Shown piece after piece: positions 16,156-26,934 of a stretch of DNA of 64,000 nt. Location: NCBI GenBank assembly GCA_963732385.1, contig CAVSZB010000005.1, positions 256,001 to 320,000 on the forward strand. The letters run 5' to 3'. Made by a program: the position numbers and the translations under genes. A model generated the notes under the pieces. That model saw only the letters and a list, made by a program, of their open reading frames with translations, did no database searches and had not been told where the DNA came from. Position 1 is the first letter of the stretch; every line of letters begins with the position of its first letter. The stretch comes from an uncultured bacterium. GTDB lineage: Bacteria > Krumholzibacteriota > Krumholzibacteriia > LZORAL124-64-63.

Positions 16156-17628
16156 GTGAACGTACTGCTCATCTCCCCCCGCAATCCCGACACCTTCTGG
16201 AGCTTCAAGCACGCGCTGCCGTTCGTGTCGAAGCGCTCCTCGCTGCCTCCGCTCGGCCTGCTCACCGTGGCCGGCCTGCTGCCACGGGCGTGGCATCTGG
16301 AACTCGTCGACCTCGACGTGGGCCGCCTGCGCGATGCGCAGATCCGCCGGGCAGACTGGGTGCTCGTGTCGGCGATGATCGTGCACGAACAGTCGGTGCG
16401 GGAAATCGCCCGCCGCTGCGCCGCGCTCGGCCGCCCCGTGATCGGCGGCGGCCCCCTCTTCACGACCGGCCACGAACGTTTTCCGGAGATCGGCCACTTC
16501 GTCCTGGGCGAAGCGGAAGAGCTGGCCGGCGAGCTGGCCGACGACATGACTGCGGGGCAGGTGCGCCGGGTTTACCGCGCGCCGCGCTTCCCGGATCTGG
16601 CCCTCGCGCCGGTCCCGCGCTGGGACCTCATCAAGCCGCGCCATTACGCCACGCTCGCGCTGCAGTCCTCGCGCGGCTGTCCCTACGACTGCGAATTCTG
16701 CGACATCGTGGTGATGAACGGCCACGTGCCGCGCGTCAAGACGCCGGCGCGGATGATCGCCGAGCTGGAGGCGCTGCGCGCCCGCGGCTGGCGCGGCGCG
16801 GTTTTCATCGTGGACGACAACTTTATCGGCAACAAGGCCGGCGTGAAGAAGATTCTCCGCGAGATCGTCGTTTGGCGCCGCCGCACACATTCCCCCTTTA
16901 CGTTTTTGACCGAAGCCTCGGTGAATCTGGCGGACGACGCGGAACTGCTGGGGCTGATGGTGGAGGCGGGCTTCAAGAAGGTCTTCCTGGGCCTCGAAAC
17001 GCCGGTGGCCGACAGTCTCGTCGAATGCCGCAAGTCGCAGAATGCCGGGCGCGATCTCGTGGCGGCCGTGCGGGTGATCCAGGCCGCCGGACTGGAGGTG
17101 ATGGGGGGCTTCATCATCGGCTTCGACAACGATCAGCCCGACATCTTCGAGCGCCAGTTCGAATTCATCCAGAAGGCCGGCGTGGCGACCGCGATGGTCG
17201 GCCTGCTGACGGCCCTCCCGCAGACCCGCCTCTGGAGACGGCTGGCCGGAGAAGGCCGGCTGCTGGGCGACAGCACGGGCGACAACACCAGCGCCGCCTT
17301 CAATTTCGTGCCGAAGCTGGACCGCGAGTATCTCATGGAGGGGTACCGTCGCCTCATGAAGCAGCTCTACGAGCCGCGGGCCTACTACCGGCGCGTGGGG
17401 GCGTTCCTGGAGAACTACCAGGCGCGCGGCCCCCGGGCGCGCCTGCTGCCCGCGGAGCTGGGCGCCCTGTTCAAGTCGCTGCTGATGAACGGCCTGATCC
17501 ACCGCGGGCGCCGCGCCTACTGGCGCTTCCTCGGCAGCACGCTGGTGCATCACCCCTCCAGCCTCGGCCTCGCCATCACGGCGGCCATCTACGGCCACCA
17601 CTTCCGCACCGTGGCCCGGCGCCTGTAG
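16156..17628 (+). CDS. B12-binding radical SAM protein (DUF4070-type)
   Basis: TFWSFKHAL...PPLGLLTVA, SRGCPYDCEFC, FIVDDNFIGN, TEASVNLADD, GGFIIGFDND. Confidence 0.85.
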   Translation: MNVLLISPRNPDTFWSFKHALPFVSKRSSLPPLGLLTVAGLLPRAWHLELVDLDVGRLRDAQIRRADWVLVSAMIVHEQSVREIARRCAALGRPVIGGGPLFTTGHERFPEIGHFVLGEAEELAGELADDMTAGQVRRVYRAPRFPDLALAPVPRWDLIKPRHYATLALQSSRGCPYDCEFCDIVVMNGHVPRVKTPARMIAELEALRARGWRGAVFIVDDNFIGNKAGVKKILREIVVWRRRTHSPFTFLTEASVNLADDAELLGLMVEAGFKKVFLGLETPVADSLVECRKSQNAGRDLVAAVRVIQAAGLEVMGGFIIGFDNDQPDIFERQFEFIQKAGVATAMVGLLTALPQTRLWRRLAGEGRLLGDSTGDNTSAAFNFVPKLDREYLMEGYRRLMKQLYEPRAYYRRVGAFLENYQARGPRARLLPAELGALFKSLLMNGLIHRGRRAYWRFLGSTLVHHPSSLGLAITAAIYGHHFRTVARRL

Positions 17629-17718
17629 CGTCCGGCGGGGGCGGGAAGCAACCTTTCGGCCGCGGCGCGCGTCTAACGGCCGTCTGTCGCTTCCGGACCC
17701 CGTTCCGTGGAGGATGCC

Positions 17719-18414
17719 ATGCGCGCCCGATTCGTACTGCTGGCGGCCGCGGCCGCCCTGTTGCTTTTCGCCGCCCCGATCACCGCCGCCGACGAGCATT
17801 CGCTGTTCAAGGGGAGCCTCTTCTCCCGGGGCGAGAAGGGGAACGGCACCCTGGTCACCCGCCAGTTCGACGTTTCCGGTTTCGATCGGGTCGCGCTGGA
17901 CGGAGGCTTCGACGTGTACGTCAAGGTCGGCGGCGCGACCAACGTCACCGCCACGGTCGATGACAACATCGCCGACCTCTTCACGGCGGAAGTGGAGAAA
18001 GGGACCCTGCGCCTCGACTGGACGAAGGCGTGCCGTCCGAGCCGCAAGTGCCGCGTCGACGTGACCCTGCCGGATCTGCAGGGCTTCACGGTCAACGGCG
18101 CCGGCGACGTCGAAATCACCGGCGTCCGCGGGGCGCGGCTGGAGTTGAACATCACGGGCGCCGGGGACATGGAGGTCTCCGGCAGCATTGACGAGCTCGA
18201 GCTGGTGGTGTCCGGCGCCGGTGACGTGGAGGCCGGGGAACTGGCGGCGCAGGACGTCGAGGTGCGGGTCAGCGGCGCCGGCGACGCGACGGTGCGCGCC
18301 GCGCGCAGCCTCGACGCGAACGTCTCCGGAGTGGGCGAGATCACCTACCTGGGCGACCCGACCAAGGTGGAGACGCGCGTCAGCGGCGTGGGCGAAATCA
18401 ACCGCGGTCGCTGA
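17719..18414 (+). CDS. GIN/DUF2807 (auto-transporter adhesin head) domain secreted protein
   Basis: Signal peptide; GNG, DDNI, repeated SGAGDV/SGVGEI beta-helix turns, YLGDP. Confidence 0.85.
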   Translation: MRARFVLLAAAAALLLFAAPITAADEHSLFKGSLFSRGEKGNGTLVTRQFDVSGFDRVALDGGFDVYVKVGGATNVTATVDDNIADLFTAEVEKGTLRLDWTKACRPSRKCRVDVTLPDLQGFTVNGAGDVEITGVRGARLELNITGAGDMEVSGSIDELELVVSGAGDVEAGELAAQDVEVRVSGAGDATVRAARSLDANVSGVGEITYLGDPTKVETRVSGVGEINRGR

Positions 18415-18496
18415 CGCGGGCAGGTCCCCGGTTCCCGGGCTGGCGCGGGGGTGCCCATGTGCTAGATTCGGGGCACCCCCCGACGTCAGGAGAGCC

Positions 18497-19405
18497 ATGC
18501 GCCGGCAAGTCGTGTCCGCGATCGTCCTGGGCGTCTGTTCGCTGCTGCTGGCCGCCGGCTGCGCCGGCCCGCGCCCGGCGATCACGCCCGAGCCCCCCGC
18601 GCCTCCCCGTGAAGGCATCCGCCCGCGCATCGGCCTGGCCCTCGGGGGCGGCGGAGCGCGCGGCTTCGCCCACATCGGCGCCCTGCGCGTGCTCGAGCAG
18701 GAGAAGATCCCGATCGACCTCGTGGTCGGCACCTCGGTGGGCAGCCTCGTCGGCGCCCTCTACGCCGACCAGGGGCGGGTGCTCGACGCCGAGCTGAGCG
18801 CCCTGACCGTGGGCGAGGAGGAGTTGTTCGACCAGACGATGATCCCGCTCTTCTCGGGCGGCCTCGTCAAGGGGAAGAAGCTTGAGGCGTTCCTGCGGAG
18901 CAACCTGAAGCACCCCCTCATCCAGAACATGGCCGTGCCGTTCGCGGCGGTCGCGGTCGATCTCGACACCGGCGAGACCGTGGTGTTCCGCACGGGCGAT
19001 GCCGCCTCCGCCGTGCACGCCTCGTGCGCCATCCCCGGAGTTTTCGTGCCGGTGACCATCGCCGGTCGCACCTTCGTCGACGGCGGCGTGACCAACCCGG
19101 TCCCGGCGAGCGTGGCCCGCGAGCTGGGCGCCGATCTGGTCATCGCCATGTCGGTGCCGCCGCCGGCGCCCAAGCCGGCTTCGCGCAACCAGGTCTCCGT
19201 GGCCTACCACTCCATCTCGATCATGGCGGCCGAAATCGGGCGCCTGCGCGCCGACGAGGCCGACGTGGTGATCGCCACGGAGGTCGGCAAGGTCGACTTC
19301 GACGACTTCTCGCAGAAGCGCCGCCTGATCGAGGCGGGCGAGGCGGCCGCGCGCGCGGCGCTGCCGGCGATCCGCGCGGCGATCGAGGCGAAGACGCGCT
19401 ACTGA
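18497..19405 (+). CDS. Patatin-like phospholipase, putative lipoprotein
   Basis: LAAGC lipobox; GGGGARG, GTSVG, DGG. Confidence 0.9.
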   Translation: MRRQVVSAIVLGVCSLLLAAGCAGPRPAITPEPPAPPREGIRPRIGLALGGGGARGFAHIGALRVLEQEKIPIDLVVGTSVGSLVGALYADQGRVLDAELSALTVGEEELFDQTMIPLFSGGLVKGKKLEAFLRSNLKHPLIQNMAVPFAAVAVDLDTGETVVFRTGDAASAVHASCAIPGVFVPVTIAGRTFVDGGVTNPVPASVARELGADLVIAMSVPPPAPKPASRNQVSVAYHSISIMAAEIGRLRADEADVVIATEVGKVDFDDFSQKRRLIEAGEAAARAALPAIRAAIEAKTRY

Positions 19406-19430
19406 GCGGGCGGGCGGCGCCGCCCGCTCA
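19403..19430. terminator. Hairpin between convergent patatin and hypD genes
   Basis: Perfect 11-bp stem TGAGCGGGCGG/CCGCCCGCTCA that includes both stop codons; no U-tract. Confidence 0.5.
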
Positions 19431-21800
19431 CTCCGCCTCGCCGTGCTCGGTGCGGGCGATGATCTCGTCCTGCAGCGCCGGGCCCAGGTCGCAGAAGTAA
19501 TCGCTGTAGCCGGCCACCCGCACGATCAGGTCACGGTGCTCCTCCGGACGCGCCCGCGCGGCGCGCAGGGTGGCGCCATCGACGACGTTGAACTGGACGT
19601 GGTGTCCGCCAAGCCGGAAGTAGCCGCGCACGAGGCGCGCCAGCGCCGCCAGGCCGGCGTCGTCGGCAAGCAGGCGCGGCGTGAACTTCTGGTTGAGCAG
19701 CGTGCCTCCGGTGCGCTCGTGGTCGAGCTTCGCCGCCGAGCGCAGGACCGCCGTCGGCCCGTGGCGGTCGGCCCCCTGCACCGGCGAGATCCCCTCCGAC
19801 AGCGGAGTCCCGGCGCGCCGCCCGTCCGGCGTGGCCCCGGTCACGGAGCCGAAGTGGACGTGCACCGTGGTCGGCAGCAGGTTCACGTGGCAGGCGCCGC
19901 CGCGCGCGTTGGGCCGCCCGTCGATCGCCGCGAAGTACGCCTCGAACACCATCCGCATCACGTCGTCGGCCGTGTCGTCGTCGTTTCCGTACTTCGGCGT
20001 GCGGTTCACCAGCCGCTGGCGCAGCGCCTCCCGCCCGGAAAAATCGGCGGCAAGCGCCGCGCGCAGGTCCGCCATGCTCATCGCGCCCCGGGTCCAGACC
20101 TGGTGGCGCAGCGCGACGAGCGAGTCGGTGATCGTGCCGAGCCCCACCCCCTGGATGTACGAGGTGTTGTAGCGCGCGCCGCCGTCGTGGTAGTCGCGTC
20201 CGGTGGCGATGCAGTCGTCGATCAGCAGCGACAGGAACGGGGCCGGCATCCGCGCGGCGTACAGCCGCTCGATGACCGTGTTGCCGGCGATCTTCAGGTC
20301 CGTGAAGTGGCGCAGCTGCGTGGTGAAGGCAGCGAACAGCGCGTCGAACGAGACGAACCGGTCCGGGTCGCCGGTGGACGGACCGAGCCGCCGGCCGGAG
20401 CGCGGGTCGAGGCCATCGTGGAGCGCGATCTCGAGCACCTTGGGCAGATTGAAGTAGCCCGTCAGGTTGTAGTTCTCGCGACCGAACGCCCCCACCTCGA
20501 CGCAGCCGCTCGAACCGCCGGCGCGAGCGTCCGCGAGGGTCTTGCCCTGGCGCAGCAGCTCCCGCACGATCAGGTCGGCGTTGAACAGCGACGGCTGTCC
20601 GAAACCGGTCCGGATGATGCGCGCCGCCCGGGCCAGGAAGCGGTCGGGCGTGAGCGTGCTCAACTGAGCCGAACTGCCGGGCTGGAGCAGGCGCATCTCC
20701 TCGATCACGTCGAGCAGCAGGTACGAGACCTCGCTCACGGCGTCGGCGCCGTCGGGGCGCAGCCCCCCGACGTTGATCTGCGCGAAGTCGTTGTAGGTGC
20801 CGCTCTCGGCCGCCGTGACCCCGGTCTTCGGCGGCGCCGGCTGATTGTTGAACTTGATCCAGAAGCACTGGAGCAGCTCCTCGGCGGCGGCGCGCGTGAG
20901 CGTGCCGTCGGCCAGGCCGCGCGCGTAGAACGGCTCGAGGTGCTGGTCGAGGTGGCCGGGACAGAAGGCATCCCAGGTGTTCAGCTCCATGGTCACGCCG
21001 AGGTGGCAGAACCAGTACGCCTGCAGCGCCTCGTGGAAATCGCGCGGGGCGCGCGCCGGCACCCGCTCGCAGACCGCGACGATCCGCAGCAGCTCGGCGC
21101 GACGCGCCGCGTCGGGCGCCGCGGCCGACAGCACGCGCGCCTGCTCGGCGTGCCGCCGCGCGAGCAGCACCACCGCCTCGGCGCAGATCAGCATCGCCTC
21201 GCGCTGCTGCCTCCGGGCGGCGGCGGCCCCGTCGCCCGGCGGATCGGGCGCGGCGAGCAGCCCCCGCAGGTCGTCGGCAAAATCGAGCAGGCCGCGGCGG
21301 TAGATCTTGTCGTCGAGCACGGTATGGCCGGGCGCGCGCTGCTCCATGAACTCCGTGAAGACCCCCGCCGCGTACGCCTCCCGCCAGCCGTCGGTCATGG
21401 CGTCGAAGATGAGGTCGCGCATCGAGCGGCCGCGCCAGTACGGGATGATGTCGCGGGCCTGGACCTCGCGGGCGCGCGGGTCGACCCGGAACGGGATCTT
21501 CTCGCGCGAATCGAGGAGATCGAAATCCTCGAGACTGTGGCAGCACAGCTCCGGATAGGTCGGCGCGGCCTTCGGCGCGGGTCCCTTCTCCCCCACGATC
21601 AGTTCGTCCTCGCCGATCCAGATCGTGCGCCGCTCCACCAGGTGGTGGAAAGCGAGCGCCCGCTGCACCGGCACCGACACGGCGCCGCCGCCCCCGCCGC
21701 GATAGAACTCCGTGATGATTTCCGCCCGCTCCGTGGAGAGGCTCGGCACCGCCGCGAGGCTGCGCGCCCGCAGCCGTTCCACGCGTCCGGTCATCGCCAT
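19428..21800 (-). CDS. hypD: Glycyl radical enzyme, trans-4-hydroxy-L-proline dehydratase
   Basis: FTEFMEQRAPGHTV, ELNTWDAF, AESGTYNDF, SGCVE, LTGYFN, LLPTT, RVAGYS match the HypD active-site pattern. Confidence 0.85.
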   Translation of the reverse strand: MAMTGRVERLRARSLAAVPSLSTERAEIITEFYRGGGGGAVSVPVQRALAFHHLVERRTIWIGEDELIVGEKGPAPKAAPTYPELCCHSLEDFDLLDSREKIPFRVDPRAREVQARDIIPYWRGRSMRDLIFDAMTDGWREAYAAGVFTEFMEQRAPGHTVLDDKIYRRGLLDFADDLRGLLAAPDPPGDGAAAARRQQREAMLICAEAVVLLARRHAEQARVLSAAAPDAARRAELLRIVAVCERVPARAPRDFHEALQAYWFCHLGVTMELNTWDAFCPGHLDQHLEPFYARGLADGTLTRAAAEELLQCFWIKFNNQPAPPKTGVTAAESGTYNDFAQINVGGLRPDGADAVSEVSYLLLDVIEEMRLLQPGSSAQLSTLTPDRFLARAARIIRTGFGQPSLFNADLIVRELLRQGKTLADARAGGSSGCVEVGAFGRENYNLTGYFNLPKVLEIALHDGLDPRSGRRLGPSTGDPDRFVSFDALFAAFTTQLRHFTDLKIAGNTVIERLYAARMPAPFLSLLIDDCIATGRDYHDGGARYNTSYIQGVGLGTITDSLVALRHQVWTRGAMSMADLRAALAADFSGREALRQRLVNRTPKYGNDDDTADDVMRMVFEAYFAAIDGRPNARGGACHVNLLPTTVHVHFGSVTGATPDGRRAGTPLSEGISPVQGADRHGPTAVLRSAAKLDHERTGGTLLNQKFTPRLLADDAGLAALARLVRGYFRLGGHHVQFNVVDGATLRAARARPEEHRDLIVRVAGYSDYFCDLGPALQDEIIARTEHGEAE

Positions 21801-21804
21801 GCGC

Positions 21805-22716
21805 TCACGCTCCCGTGCCGACGGTCAGCCCGTGACCGCGCAGGATCGCGGCGATCTCCTGCACGCGCTCCGGGCTGGGCGTGCGCAGCACCACCGTCGC
21901 CTCGCGCCCCACGCGCGGATACTTGTCCGCGCCGAGCGGGTGGTACGGCAGCAGCGCCACCCGCTCCAGCCCCGGCAGACCCGCGGCCAGGAGGGCCGCG
22001 CGGCTCACGTTGTCGTCGTCGTCGTTCACCCCGGGCAGGACCGGCATCCGCAGCACGATCCGATGGCCCGCGGCCGCCAGCGCCCGCAGGTTCGCCAGGA
22101 TCGACGCATTGCTCACGCCGGTGTATAGCCGGTGGCGGTCATCGTCGACCAGCTTGAGATCGTAGAGGAACAGGTCGACGAACGGCCGCACGCGATCGAG
22201 CGCCTCCCAGGGGCCGTAGCCGGAGGTGTCGAGCGCGGTGTGCAGTTCGCGGGCGCGGGCCTCGCGCAGCAGGGCGAGCAGGAACTCCGGCTGGTGCAGC
22301 GGTTCGCCGCCCGAGACGGTCATGCCGCCCTGCGACTCCAGGTAGAACGGGCGGTCGCGCTCGACCTCGGCCAGCACGTCGTCCACCGTCATCGTGCGAC
22401 CGGCGATCTCGCGCGCCCCGGTGGGACAGGAATCGACGCAGTCGCCGCAGCGGACGCAGAGCTGCCGGTCCGTGGCCGGCGACTCCTCCTGCCAGGTGAC
22501 CGCCCCGTGATCGCATGCGTCCACGCAGGCGCCGCAGCGCAGGCAGCGGCCGGCCCGCAACACCGGCTCCGGCTCGTCCGCCAGCCCCTCCGGGTTGTGG
22601 CACCACGCGCAGAGCAGCGGACAGCCCTTCAGGAACACGGTCGTGCGGATGCCCGGGCCGTCGTGGATGGCGAAACGCCGGATGTCGAAGACCGATCCGG
22701 TGACCAGCGCCACCAC
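21805..22716 (-). CDS. Glycyl-radical enzyme activating enzyme with ferredoxin-like insert
   Basis: HDGPGIRTTVFLKGCPLLCAWCHNPE; CLRCGACVDAC; CVRCGDCVDSC; SGGEP; DLK. Confidence 0.92.
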   Translation of the reverse strand: MVALVTGSVFDIRRFAIHDGPGIRTTVFLKGCPLLCAWCHNPEGLADEPEPVLRAGRCLRCGACVDACDHGAVTWQEESPATDRQLCVRCGDCVDSCPTGAREIAGRTMTVDDVLAEVERDRPFYLESQGGMTVSGGEPLHQPEFLLALLREARARELHTALDTSGYGPWEALDRVRPFVDLFLYDLKLVDDDRHRLYTGVSNASILANLRALAAAGHRIVLRMPVLPGVNDDDDNVSRAALLAAGLPGLERVALLPYHPLGADKYPRVGREATVVLRTPSPERVQEIAAILRGHGLTVGTGA

Positions 22717-22940
22717 CTCCGTGGGGGCGAGATGGCGGGGGCGAATCCCCGCCGCCGCCCATTCTAGCAGACGCCGGGCCGGATGAGGCAGCCGTTTCGC
22801 TGTCGCCCCCCTGCACGGTGCGCGGTGACAGACGGCCCGAATACCCCTATGCTGGCCCCTCGCGGAGCCGCCGGCTCCCGCGGCGGGAGGGGCGCTCCCC
22901 CGCCGGATCGCGAACGGAATCGGGGAGGAACGGAACGGGC

Positions 22941-23885
22941 ATGTTTGTCACCGAGCACCTGGCGCGCGCCAGCAGCACCCTGTTCAGCTACGAGATCATC
23001 CCGCCGCCCCGGGGCCGCAGCGCCCAGGAGATCCTCGCCATCGTCGAGCAGGTCCGGCCCTACGCCCCCCCGTTCATCGACGTGACCAGCCACTCCGCCG
23101 AGGCTTCGTACGAGGAGAGCGGCGACGGCACGATCCGCCGACGCGTGCGCAAGAAGCGCCCCGGCACGATCAGCATCTGCGGCATCATCCAGAACCGCTA
23201 CGGGATCGACACCGTCCCCCACCTCCTCTGCCGCGGCTTCACGCGCGAGGAGACCGAGGACGCGATGATCGAACTCGCCTTCCTGGGGATCAACAACGTG
23301 CTGGCCATCCGCGGCGACGAAACCAACTACCACAAGATGATCGGGGCGCACCGCACCGCGAATATCTGGGCCGGCGAACTGGTGGAACAACTGGACGGCC
23401 TGCGCCACGGCCGCTACCTCGAGGACATCGCCAACAGCGATCCGATGCCGCTCTGCATCGGCGTGGGGGGCTATCCCGAGAAGCACGTGGAAGCGCCGAA
23501 TCTGAAAACCGACGCGGGCCATCTCCGCAGCAAGATCGACGCCGGCGCCGACTACGTGGTCACGCAGATGTTCTTCGACAACGCTCACTTCCTCCGTTTC
23601 GCGGCTTCCTGCCGCGAAACGGGGATCGGCGTGCCGCTCATCCCCGGCATCAAGGTGCTGACCCGGCCGCGCCAGCTCACCACGCTCTCCCGCGACTTCC
23701 ACGTCAACTTCCCCGAGGCGCTGGCCGACGAGGTGGCCGCCAACCCGACGCACGCCCAGGAGATCGGGATCCGCTGGGCGACGGAGCAGGTGCAGGGCCT
23801 GATCGCCGCCGGCGCCCCGTGCATCCACTTCTACGTGATGAACGATGCCAGTGCCGTGATCGAGGTCATCCGGCGGCTGGGCTGA
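22941..23885 (+). CDS. metF: Methylenetetrahydrofolate reductase
   Basis: [42 protein letters not shown]. Confidence 0.9.
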   Translation: MFVTEHLARASSTLFSYEIIPPPRGRSAQEILAIVEQVRPYAPPFIDVTSHSAEASYEESGDGTIRRRVRKKRPGTISICGIIQNRYGIDTVPHLLCRGFTREETEDAMIELAFLGINNVLAIRGDETNYHKMIGAHRTANIWAGELVEQLDGLRHGRYLEDIANSDPMPLCIGVGGYPEKHVEAPNLKTDAGHLRSKIDAGADYVVTQMFFDNAHFLRFAASCRETGIGVPLIPGIKVLTRPRQLTTLSRDFHVNFPEALADEVAANPTHAQEIGIRWATEQVQGLIAAGAPCIHFYVMNDASAVIEVIRRLG

Positions 23886-24960
23886 CCATTTCCTCGCGGG
23901 CAAAATACCGGCGTTTCAGCCGGAGCGACACGTTGACCAGCCCGATCAGCGCCGGCACCTCCACCAACGGCCCGATCACTGCGGCGAACGCCGCCCCGCT
24001 GTCGATCCCGAACGTGGCGATGGCAACGGCGATCGCCAGCTCGAAATTGTTCGACGCGGCCGTGAACGAGAGGGTGGCCGTCTGGCCGTAGGTCGCCCCC
24101 ACCCTCCGGCTCATGAAGAACGAGACGAAGAACATCAGCACGAAGTAGATGAGCAGCGGAATCGCGATCCGCACCACGTCCAGCGGCAGCCGGACGATGT
24201 ATTCCCCCTTGAGCGAGAACATCACCACGATGGTGAACAGCAGCGCCACCAGCGTGAGCGGGCTGATCCTCGGGATGAACTTCCGGTCGTACCAGCACCG
24301 CCCCTTCAGCCTGATCAGCGAAAACCGGGTGGCGATGCCGGCCAGAAACGGGATGCCCAGATAGATGAACACGCTCCTGGCGATCTCGCCGATGGTCACG
24401 TTGACCGCCACTCCCCGCAGCCCGAACCAGGTCGGCAGCACCGTGATGAACACCCAGGCGTAGACCGAGTAGAACAGCACCTGGAAGATCGAGTTGAAGG
24501 CGACGAGCCCCGCGCAATACTCGCTGTCGCCCTTCGCCAGGTCGTTCCAGACGATCACCATGGCGATGCAGCGCGCCAGACCGATCATGATCAGCCCGAC
24601 CATATACTCCGGCCGGTCGCGCAGGAACAGGATCGCCAGGGCGAACATCAGGATCGGCCCGACGATCCAGTTCTGCACCAGCGACAGGCCGAGCACCCGG
24701 AAATCGCGGAAGACCGGCCCCAGCTTCTCGTAGCGGACCTTCGCCAGCGGCGGATACATCATGAGGATCAGCCCGACGGCGATCGGGATGGAGGTCGTAC
24801 CCGCATTGAACCGGTTCAAAAGCGGCACCACGCCGGGAAACAGCGACCCGGCGACCACACCGACAGCCATGGCGAGGAAGATCCAGAGCGTGAGGAAACG
24901 GTCGAGAAACGACAGGCGGCGCGCGACGCCCTGCGTGGATCGCTCGACGACATGAGTCAC
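23866..24960 (-). CDS. acr3: ACR3-family arsenite efflux transporter
   Basis: [57 protein letters not shown]. Confidence 0.93.
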   Translation of the reverse strand: MTHVVERSTQGVARRLSFLDRFLTLWIFLAMAVGVVAGSLFPGVVPLLNRFNAGTTSIPIAVGLILMMYPPLAKVRYEKLGPVFRDFRVLGLSLVQNWIVGPILMFALAILFLRDRPEYMVGLIMIGLARCIAMVIVWNDLAKGDSEYCAGLVAFNSIFQVLFYSVYAWVFITVLPTWFGLRGVAVNVTIGEIARSVFIYLGIPFLAGIATRFSLIRLKGRCWYDRKFIPRISPLTLVALLFTIVVMFSLKGEYIVRLPLDVVRIAIPLLIYFVLMFFVSFFMSRRVGATYGQTATLSFTAASNNFELAIAVAIATFGIDSGAAFAAVIGPLVEVPALIGLVNVSLRLKRRYFAREEMVSPAAG

Positions 24961-25081
24961 CGGACCTCTCCTTTCCCGGCTCCCGCAGGATCCGGCGTGG
25001 TGCCAAGAGCTTCGCCCACCTCCGCGATCGTGACCCACGATGGCTGGATCGCTCAAGAGCAGGTTTGACCCGGTCGGACAA

Positions 25082-25119
25082 TTGGTTATATTGCCAAGTA
25101 GCCAAGACAGTCAAGACAG
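25082..25119. promoter_or_regulatory. Putative ArsR operator in the divergent acr3/arsR promoter
   Basis: AT-rich imperfect palindrome TTGGTTATATTGCCAA followed by tandem CAAGACAG repeats. Confidence 0.45.
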
Positions 25120-25141
25120 CAGTCCTGGGGAGGACCTCGCC

Positions 25142-25462
25142 ATGGACCAGCAGACCCTGTCCCGCTACGAAGCGAGGGCGCATGTGATCAAGGCCCTCGC
25201 CCACCCGACCCGGCTCTTCATCGTCGATGAGCTTTCGCGCGGCGAGCGCTGCGTCTGCGAACTGCGCGATCTGGTAGGGGCGGACCTGAGCACGGTCTCG
25301 AAGCATCTCACCCTCCTCAAGGGGGCCGGCATCCTGACGGACAGCAAGCGCGGGGCGCAGGTCTTCTACAGTCTGCGGGTGCCGTGCGTGCTCAACTTCT
25401 TCGGCTGCGTGGAGGCCGTGCTCCAGGCGACCGCGGCGCAGGCTGTCGAAGTGACGAGGTAG
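25142..25462 (+). CDS. arsR: ArsR/SmtB family transcriptional regulator
   Basis: KALAHPTRL, ERCVCEL, STVSKHL. Confidence 0.9.
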   Translation: MDQQTLSRYEARAHVIKALAHPTRLFIVDELSRGERCVCELRDLVGADLSTVSKHLTLLKGAGILTDSKRGAQVFYSLRVPCVLNFFGCVEAVLQATAAQAVEVTR

Positions 25463-25464
25463 CC

Positions 25465-26556
25465 ATGCCAGAGCCCCTGGAACCGATCCGGAAGTCCCCG
25501 GAGCCGCTCGCGGCCATCGCCAGGCCCCGGCGGCGGCAGGTCGTGTCGCGGCTGGCCCTCCTGTTCATCGGGGCGGCCATCTGGTGGCTGGTGTACGGCA
25601 GGCTCGATCCGTTCGCCAGGTGGTTCACATACGGTCTGCTCGGGATGGACGCGGGCAGCCGCCTCTCGCTGGCGATCGAGTTCTTCGTCTTTGAGGCGCC
25701 CAAGGTCCTGATGCTGTTGACGCTGGTCGTCTTCGGGGTGGGGATCGTGCGCTCGTTCTTCACGCCGGAGCGGACGCGGCGCATCCTCGCCGGCAGGCGG
25801 GAGACGCTGGGCAACGTGCTGGCCGCCATGCTCGGCGTGGTGACCCCTTTCTGCTCCTGCTCCGCGGTGCCGCTGTTCATCGGTTTCGTCACCACGGGGG
25901 TCCCGCTCGGGGTGACGTTCTCGTTCCTCATCGCCGCGCCGATGATCAACGAGGTCGCGCTGGTGTTGCTGTTCGGACTGTTCGGCTGGCAGGTCGCCGC
26001 GCTTTACGCGGTGACCGGCCTCGTCATCGCGATCATGGCCGGGTGGGTCATCGGTCGTCTGCGCCTCGAACGCTGGGTCGAGGCGTGGGTCTACGGGACG
26101 ACGGCAGGCGTGGGGCAGGTCGGCGCCGAGACACCACTGACCTGGAGCGATCGGGTACGCTTCGGCCGTGACGCCGTGAAGGACATCGTCGGCAAAGTGT
26201 GGCCCTATGTGCTGGCCGGCATCGCCGTCGGAGCCGGCATCCACGGCTACGTCCCGCAGGATTTCATGGCTTCCTTCATGGGCAAGGGAGTCTGGTGGTC
26301 CGTCCCCCTCGCCGTATTGATCGGCATCCCGATGTATTCGAACGCGGCCGGCATCATCCCCATCGTGCAGGCCCTGCTCGAAAAGGGCGCGGCGCTCGGC
26401 ACCGTGCTCGCGTTCATGATGGCGGTCATCGGGCTTTCGCTGCCCGAGATGGTCATCCTGCGCAAGGTCCTGAAGATTCCGCTCGTAGTGACTTTCGCGG
26501 GCGTGGTGGGCGGCGGGATCCTGATCGTGGGCTTCCTGTTCAACCTCGTCCTGTGA
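25465..26556 (+). CDS. arsP: ArsP/DUF318 permease
   Basis: TPFCSCSAVPLFIGF, FLIAAPMINE, GIPMYSNAAG, GLSLPE. Confidence 0.85.
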   Translation: MPEPLEPIRKSPEPLAAIARPRRRQVVSRLALLFIGAAIWWLVYGRLDPFARWFTYGLLGMDAGSRLSLAIEFFVFEAPKVLMLLTLVVFGVGIVRSFFTPERTRRILAGRRETLGNVLAAMLGVVTPFCSCSAVPLFIGFVTTGVPLGVTFSFLIAAPMINEVALVLLFGLFGWQVAALYAVTGLVIAIMAGWVIGRLRLERWVEAWVYGTTAGVGQVGAETPLTWSDRVRFGRDAVKDIVGKVWPYVLAGIAVGAGIHGYVPQDFMASFMGKGVWWSVPLAVLIGIPMYSNAAGIIPIVQALLEKGAALGTVLAFMMAVIGLSLPEMVILRKVLKIPLVVTFAGVVGGGILIVGFLFNLVL

Positions 26557-26614
26557 CCGGATCCCGGTCGAGGAAGGCGCGGCGAGCGGCCGCGCATTGT
26601 CGGGGAGGTTTTCC

Positions 26615-26848
26615 GTGACCACTCTTCTGATCCTGGGCACCGGCTGCCCCAAGTGCAAGAAGCTGGCCGAGCACGCGGATACGGCCGCCCGGGAGCTGGG
26701 GCTGGATTTCAACCTGGTCAAGGTGACCGACATCCAGGCCATCCTGGGGTATGGCGTCATGATGACCCCCGCGTTGGTGGTCAACGACGTGGTCAAGTGT
26801 GCGGGCAAACTGCCAAGCGTGGAAGAGATCAAGAAAATGCTGGTCTGA
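26615..26848 (+). CDS. Small thioredoxin-like redox-active disulfide protein (MTH895-like)
   Basis: ILGTGCPKC, KVTDI...YGVMMTPALVVN. Confidence 0.88.
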   Translation: MTTLLILGTGCPKCKKLAEHADTAARELGLDFNLVKVTDIQAILGYGVMMTPALVVNDVVKCAGKLPSVEEIKKMLV

Positions 26849-26934
26849 AGGACAGGAACCCCCGCCGGGAGTGGCGCGCGCGTAGTGACGGCGGGCAGTC
26901 AACTGATCAACGATTTCGACAAGGAGTCGCAGAC

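Noticed and set aside
22720..22940. SAM/SAH riboswitch upstream of metF
   Set aside because: GC-rich hairpins are present but I could not match any riboswitch consensus; needs an Rfam scan
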